Below are positions 34,200 through 38,446 of a DNA stretch of 38,446 bases, piece after piece. Source of the stretch: Candidatus Sifarchaeum marinoarchaea (GTDB lineage Archaea; Asgardarchaeota; Sifarchaeia; Borrarchaeales; Borrarchaeaceae); contig JAECRW010000001.1 of the NCBI GenBank assembly GCA_016294985.1, positions 1-38,446 of the forward strand, read 5' to 3'. Under the pieces are notes generated by a model that saw only the letters and a program-made list of their open reading frames with translations, was not told the origin of the DNA and ran no database searches. The translations under genes and the position numbers were made by a program. Position 1 is the stretch's first letter. Each line of letters starts with the position of its first letter.

Positions 34200-36629
34200 A
34201 TGATAATGGCTAAGAAAATTGGTGCATTCATCTGCCAATGCGGCGGTAATATTTCCAATGTTGTTGACGTTGACAAAGTGGCAAAGGCGCTCGACGACGA
34301 AGATATTGAATTGGCAGAAATCGAAACGTACCTTTGCTCCGAACCCTCAATTGAGCGAATGAAAGAGGTCATTGAAGAAAAAGGGCTTGATCGACTTGTT
34401 TTAGCTTGCTGTACTCCGAAGATGCATTTGAAGAAGTTTCAGAGAGTACTCAAAGAAGCTGGAATAAATCCCGCACTTGTCGATGTTATTAACGTTAGAG
34501 AACACTGCAGTTGGGTTCATGAAAACGACCCTGAGGGTGCAACTCTAAAAGCCACCGATCTTGTTCGCGGAGGAATTAAAAGAATAGAAAAATCAGTACC
34601 TCTCGAAACAAAAGAAATTGATGTTACACCAAAAGTTTTAGTCGTTGGAGGAGGAATAGCAGGAATTATAGCCTCTCTTCGTGTGGCAGAGAATGGTATA
34701 GACTGCTATCTAGTTGAAAAAGAGCCAAGCATAGGCGGCCATATGATTCAATACCCAAAAGTGTTCCCGACACTTGATTGTAGTCAGTGTATTTTAACTC
34801 CTAAGTTAGGAGATGTCTGGGATTCGTCTATTCAGCTTTCCACCCTATCAGAAATAGAAGACATTTCTGGAACACTTGGAAACTGGAAGGTAAAGTTAAA
34901 ACAAAAAGCACGATATATTGATATTGAAAAATGTACAAGTTGCGGAGATTGTGCCAGATATTGTCCAGTAAAATGTATCAATGAATTTAATGTTGATTTA
35001 GATAAACGAAGTACAGCTTATATTCCTTTTCTTCAAGCAATTCCTCCAGTTTATACAATAGATCCTGAGCACTGCCTCTATTTTAAGTATGGGATTTGTA
35101 AGATTTGTCAAAAAATCTGTTCTGCAGACGCCGTAAAGTTAGATGACGCCGTAAAGTTTGCCGAAATAAACACAGGCGCTATAATTTTAGCAACTGGTTA
35201 TGATCTTTATGACCCAAGTGTTTTAGGAAGATACCTCTACGGCAAACATCCAAATGTCCTAACGTCACTACAAATGGAGCGAATGCTGGATATTACAGGA
35301 CCAACAACCAGCCGAATTGTTCGTCCAAGCGACGGAAAAAGTGTAAAAAAGGTCGCCTTTGTGCTTTGTGCGGGATCACGAAATAATGAAGCTGGAGCAA
35401 ATAGGGATGAAGGTGTTCCGTATTGCTCTACTGTATGTTGTCTCTATGCTCAGAAGCAAGCGATACTGTTGCGAAAACTCGATATTGACGTATGGATCCA
35501 CTACATCGACATTAGATCGCCAGGAACAAAATATGAAGACTTTTATCATCATACACAAGAGTTAGGGGTCAATTTCATCAAAGGTAAGATTTCTGAAATT
35601 ATGCCAACTCCCAATAATGATGGAAGACTTATAGTCCGTGCAGAAGATATGCTCATTAATAGGATGATTGAAAATGAAGTCGATCTTGTGGTTCTCTGTC
35701 CACCAATTCTGCCAAGCGAAGGAACTGAGGAGTTGGCACAGAAGTTAAAGGTTCCATTAAACGAATACAAATTCATATTAGAAAGTCATCCTAAATTAGA
35801 TCCGTTAGCGACAAAGAGGGAAGGAATTTTTGCAGCAGGAATGGCTACGGGACCAAAAGATATCCAGACAACAGTCTCTGAAGCTGAAGGGGCAGCCATG
35901 AAGGCCGTGAATTTTGTAAGTGCGAAAAAAGAAATCGAACCAAATAAAGCGTATATTATTCCTGAATTTTGTAATGGCTGTCGAGAATGCATTAAAATCT
36001 GTCCAGAAGAGGCAATTACAATTATAGACGAAAAAGCAGTGATCAATGATCTAGCGTGTACAGGTTGTGGATTATGTGTTCCTATATGCTCAGAGAATGC
36101 AATCGATATGCAAAGTTATTCAGAGGAACAATTACTCGCGCAGATTAAAGGAACGTTGGCGGATTCAAAGGCTGAACTGAAAATTTTGGTGTTCGTGGAA
36201 AAAGAACTGGTGTATACCGCAGCGGACATTGCAGGTGTTTCTAGACTAATCTATCCTAGCAGTGTTAGGTTTATACCGCTTCCAAGTAATGCGAGATTGA
36301 AACTTTCATACATTCTTTACGCTTTTGCGAATGGAGCAGACGGTGTCATGTTTTTGGAGGCGCCCGAAGAGGAAGGTCCTGTTCCAGAAGCACATAAGGC
36401 TGCAGAAAAAATAATTGAGGAATACCAAGAAGTGCTTGAGGACGACTATGATCTTGACAGTTCGCGTCTATGGTTTAGTCGAATCTTTGTGCCCGATTGG
36501 AGAAAACTCGCTACTGTTTTTGATTCATTCCATCAATTGATCGTGGATCTCGGCCCGTTGACCGATGAAGAACGTAAAGAATTAATGCAAGCGTGGTCTA
36601 AGGGGAAGAAGTTACCACAAGTTCAATAA
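34200..36629 (+). CDS. hdrA: HdrA-like flavoprotein with a C-terminal MvhD-like domain lacking its cysteines
   Basis: 809 aa. It has IGAFICQCGGNISN...ACCTPKMH...VREHCSWVH, VLVVGGGIAGIIAS, FPTLDCSQCIL and ferredoxin motifs (CTSCGDCARYCP, CKICQKICS, CNGCRECIKICP, CTGCGLCVPICS). The tail ILVFVEKELVYTAADIAGVSRL...GADGVMFLEAPEEEG aligns to MvhD. Confidence 0.9.
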   Translation: MIMAKKIGAFICQCGGNISNVVDVDKVAKALDDEDIELAEIETYLCSEPSIERMKEVIEEKGLDRLVLACCTPKMHLKKFQRVLKEAGINPALVDVINVREHCSWVHENDPEGATLKATDLVRGGIKRIEKSVPLETKEIDVTPKVLVVGGGIAGIIASLRVAENGIDCYLVEKEPSIGGHMIQYPKVFPTLDCSQCILTPKLGDVWDSSIQLSTLSEIEDISGTLGNWKVKLKQKARYIDIEKCTSCGDCARYCPVKCINEFNVDLDKRSTAYIPFLQAIPPVYTIDPEHCLYFKYGICKICQKICSADAVKLDDAVKFAEINTGAIILATGYDLYDPSVLGRYLYGKHPNVLTSLQMERMLDITGPTTSRIVRPSDGKSVKKVAFVLCAGSRNNEAGANRDEGVPYCSTVCCLYAQKQAILLRKLDIDVWIHYIDIRSPGTKYEDFYHHTQELGVNFIKGKISEIMPTPNNDGRLIVRAEDMLINRMIENEVDLVVLCPPILPSEGTEELAQKLKVPLNEYKFILESHPKLDPLATKREGIFAAGMATGPKDIQTTVSEAEGAAMKAVNFVSAKKEIEPNKAYIIPEFCNGCRECIKICPEEAITIIDEKAVINDLACTGCGLCVPICSENAIDMQSYSEEQLLAQIKGTLADSKAELKILVFVEKELVYTAADIAGVSRLIYPSSVRFIPLPSNARLKLSYILYAFANGADGVMFLEAPEEEGPVPEAHKAAEKIIEEYQEVLEDDYDLDSSRLWFSRIFVPDWRKLATVFDSFHQLIVDLGPLTDEERKELMQAWSKGKKLPQVQ

Positions 36630-37894
36630 AGTGTAGCTTCCCCATCATCAATTTTGAAGTCTACTGTTTCTTTCATTCTTATCGAGAATAATAGCAGGCC
36701 AGCTAAGGGTAGAATAGCCATAAGAGCCATCATTGTGGCGAGACCGAAAAGTTCAGCAAGGAATCCGGCTATGAGTGGTCCAATAGTAGCACCAATGCCC
36801 AAACTCGTCATAATAAGCCCCATTCCTTCACCTCTATTCTCTCTTGGGGCCACATCTGCAACAATTGTTGTCGCAGAGACCATAACTGATGCATAACCGA
36901 AAGCAACGAGAACCTGAGATGGAATCAATGCAACAGGTGTAGTGGAAAGGCCGAACCAAACAGCACTAATTCCACTGGCGGCGAGTCCCATTATCATGAC
37001 TGGTTTACGCCCAATTCGGTCACAGCAGAGTCCCATAGTCCACATGAAAATCGCTTGTGTCCCCATATTGAGCGCATAAAGTAATCCAACCTGTGCTGGT
37101 GTCCCGCCCACAGCAACTACATACAAAGGAAATAGGCTGTACAGGCCCAGAAGTCCTCCATGGCGGAGTATGAGCGTGACATAAACGGTTGATAGTCCTC
37201 GTTTTCGAACAAACTCATCTTTTTTGAACATCACTGTAAATCTTCGTTTCAGATCATTAACTACCTTTCTAAGGTTAGCAGGCTCATTACTGGGATTTAC
37301 TTGTGTTTCTAAGGCCTTGAAATCTGAAAAAACAAAGATAACAATAATTGCTGCAAGAAATGTTATGAAAGCAGCTGCAATGAAAGGGAATGTTATGGAA
37401 AATAATTCAACCAAAAAACCGCTTGCTAGGGCGCCAACAAACCATCCTGATGAGAGTGCCGCGTTCATTATGCCCATACCACTACCTCGTTTTTCCCCGT
37501 TTAGGTTCGAGGCGATGGCTAGTGCAATGGGAGTAAATGCTCCAACTGCAATTCCTCTGATCAAGCTCAAGCCAATGAGTTCGTAAACGTTCTTGGAGAA
37601 GTAAAAGCCTATCAAGATGAATCCTGAAGCAAAGAGACCACCCATCAAGAAAGGTCTTCTTTTTCGAAGAGTGTCGCTAAGAGAACCCCATATTACGGTA
37701 AATAAGAGGTAAGTGAGGAAAAATGACGAGAACAATATGCTGATTTCAATGAGATTTGCACCTAATTGTTCCGCGTAAAGTGGCAGAATAGGTGGAACAA
37801 TCATGTACGCAAAATAAGCAAAAAAAGCTGTAAAGTAAAGTGGTATCAGTTCTCTCCTCATAATACTACCTTTTCCTAAAACCCATAGAATCAA
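36623..37894 (-). CDS. MFS transporter
   Basis: 423 aa with about 12 hydrophobic helices. MFS motif A-like loops (LSDTLRKRRPFLMGG and CDRIGRKPVMIMG) occur in each half. Confidence 0.9.
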   Translation of the reverse strand: MILWVLGKGSIMRRELIPLYFTAFFAYFAYMIVPPILPLYAEQLGANLIEISILFSSFFLTYLLFTVIWGSLSDTLRKRRPFLMGGLFASGFILIGFYFSKNVYELIGLSLIRGIAVGAFTPIALAIASNLNGEKRGSGMGIMNAALSSGWFVGALASGFLVELFSITFPFIAAAFITFLAAIIVIFVFSDFKALETQVNPSNEPANLRKVVNDLKRRFTVMFKKDEFVRKRGLSTVYVTLILRHGGLLGLYSLFPLYVVAVGGTPAQVGLLYALNMGTQAIFMWTMGLCCDRIGRKPVMIMGLAASGISAVWFGLSTTPVALIPSQVLVAFGYASVMVSATTIVADVAPRENRGEGMGLIMTSLGIGATIGPLIAGFLAELFGLATMMALMAILPLAGLLLFSIRMKETVDFKIDDGEATLY

Positions 37895-38097
37895 TATTTT
37901 TTAACGATTGCGAGATATAAACGCATTTAGACTGATTAGAGATCTATAATACAAGAAAACAATAAGAAATCCAATAGAACAATGCTTTTAAGTTTATTGA
38001 ATTGGGATTTAGAAAATGCTTTTCGATAATAAAAAGAGAAAAGAAAATGAGCAAACAAACCTGCATGGCAATTAATTGATTTTTGGATGTATTATAG

Positions 38098-38446
38098 TTA
38101 TTGTGGTGGTCTTTCTCGCATTATAGCATATAATGAGGGCGGTTTAGGCGTACATTCGAGTTCGACTCGTATCGGATACGTTGAGCCAATATCATGTGTT
38201 TTTTCCAAACCATCCATAATTTCTTCAATTTTCTCTGTCGGAATGCCGAAAATAAGTTCACTGTCTGCAGCCATACCAAATCTTCTCGTTCCGTAACAAG
38301 GAAAAGCAATATTCACATCATTTCTAAGATAAGTTGCTGCTATACCTTCGGCACAGGTTCCCGCTTCCGCGGCAGTGGTAAATGAAAGCCTCTCACCAGT
38401 TTTCCAAGTGGTAGCATGAATCAATCTTGTCATTTGGGCAGGATTT
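38098..38446 (-). CDS. C-terminal part of a protein continuing past the right window edge (possibly DUF169 family)
   Basis: The frame stays open upstream of the listed ATG (NPAQ-MTRLIH...) to the window end. FPCYGTRRFGMAADSELIFGIPTEKIEEIMDGLEK resembles the DUF169 C-terminus from memory. The family call is weak. Confidence 0.45.
   Translation of the reverse strand, partial: NPAQMTRLIHATTWKTGERLSFTTAAEAGTCAEGIAATYLRNDVNIAFPCYGTRRFGMAADSELIFGIPTEKIEEIMDGLEKTHDIGSTYPIRVELECTPKPPSLYAIMRERPPQ

Noticed and set aside
36623-36629. 7-nt convergent overlap of the hdrA-2 and MFS transporter 3' ends
   Set aside because: It is seen directly (TAA at 36627-36629, TGA complement at 36623-36625). Such tail-to-tail overlaps are common in compact genomes and carry no specific functional implication.
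37985-38040. AATGCTTTT 9-mer repeated ~35 nt apart in the spacer upstream of the MFS gene
   Set aside because: This is a short AT-rich duplicate with no further symmetry or a recognisable box, and is most likely chance.
13132-38446. Numerous 60-130-aa antisense or out-of-frame ORFs inside long genes (e.g. 15716..16057, 6588..6944, 28747..29136, 29386..29709, 35786..36046, 37224..37586)
   Set aside because: Each is fully embedded in a longer ORF that has clear family motifs. Their peptides are compositionally odd (Ser/Pro/Ile-rich mirror images), which is typical of shadow ORFs.

Overview
This is a 38.4 kb, AT-rich, densely coding chromosomal segment. The gene content looks archaeal: a split class-I fumarase, two HdrABC-like gene sets, mevalonate kinase, a Roadblock/LC7 protein and an LRR-only protein. 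An Asgard-like origin is only a guess. I found no CRISPR array, rRNA or tRNA.

Main content, left to right:
- The 5' part of a TnpB/OrfB-like transposon gene runs off the left edge. It is not in the ORF track; I translated it myself.
- A housekeeping block follows: cupin, M48 protease, malic enzyme, mevalonate kinase, a polyprenol-kinase-like membrane protein, a ClC channel and TrkA.
- A rearranged patch comes next. A 360-nt duplication of the TrkA C-terminal region brackets a VIT-family gene, a 5'-truncated-looking LRR gene and a small membrane ORF. A DUF116 gene and an acyl-CoA dehydrogenase N-terminal remnant lie just beyond it.
- A 1380-aa orphan protein has three N-terminal repeat modules and a roughly 1000-aa helical-repeat body.
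- Hdr set 1 is a 1173-aa tandem HdrA-MvhD fusion followed by HdrC and HdrB.
- A Roadblock/LC7 gene is followed by a roughly 400-nt GC-rich island that reads as a large structured RNA rather than protein. It has RNase P-like motifs on the minus strand, but its identity is unconfirmed. A DUF4139 protein follows.
- Then come a HIT (Ap4A-phosphorylase-like) gene, a kinase-fold gene and the split fumarase.
- Hdr set 2 is a tight five-gene operon: HdrC-like, HdrB-like, SdhB-like, SdhA/TfrA-like and HdrA with a cysteine-less MvhD tail.
- An MFS transporter and a partial gene lie at the right edge.

The most interesting candidates are the HdrA-coupled fumarate-reductase-like operon, the unassigned structured RNA and the giant repeat protein. 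All functional calls come from motif recognition by eye, without database searches.
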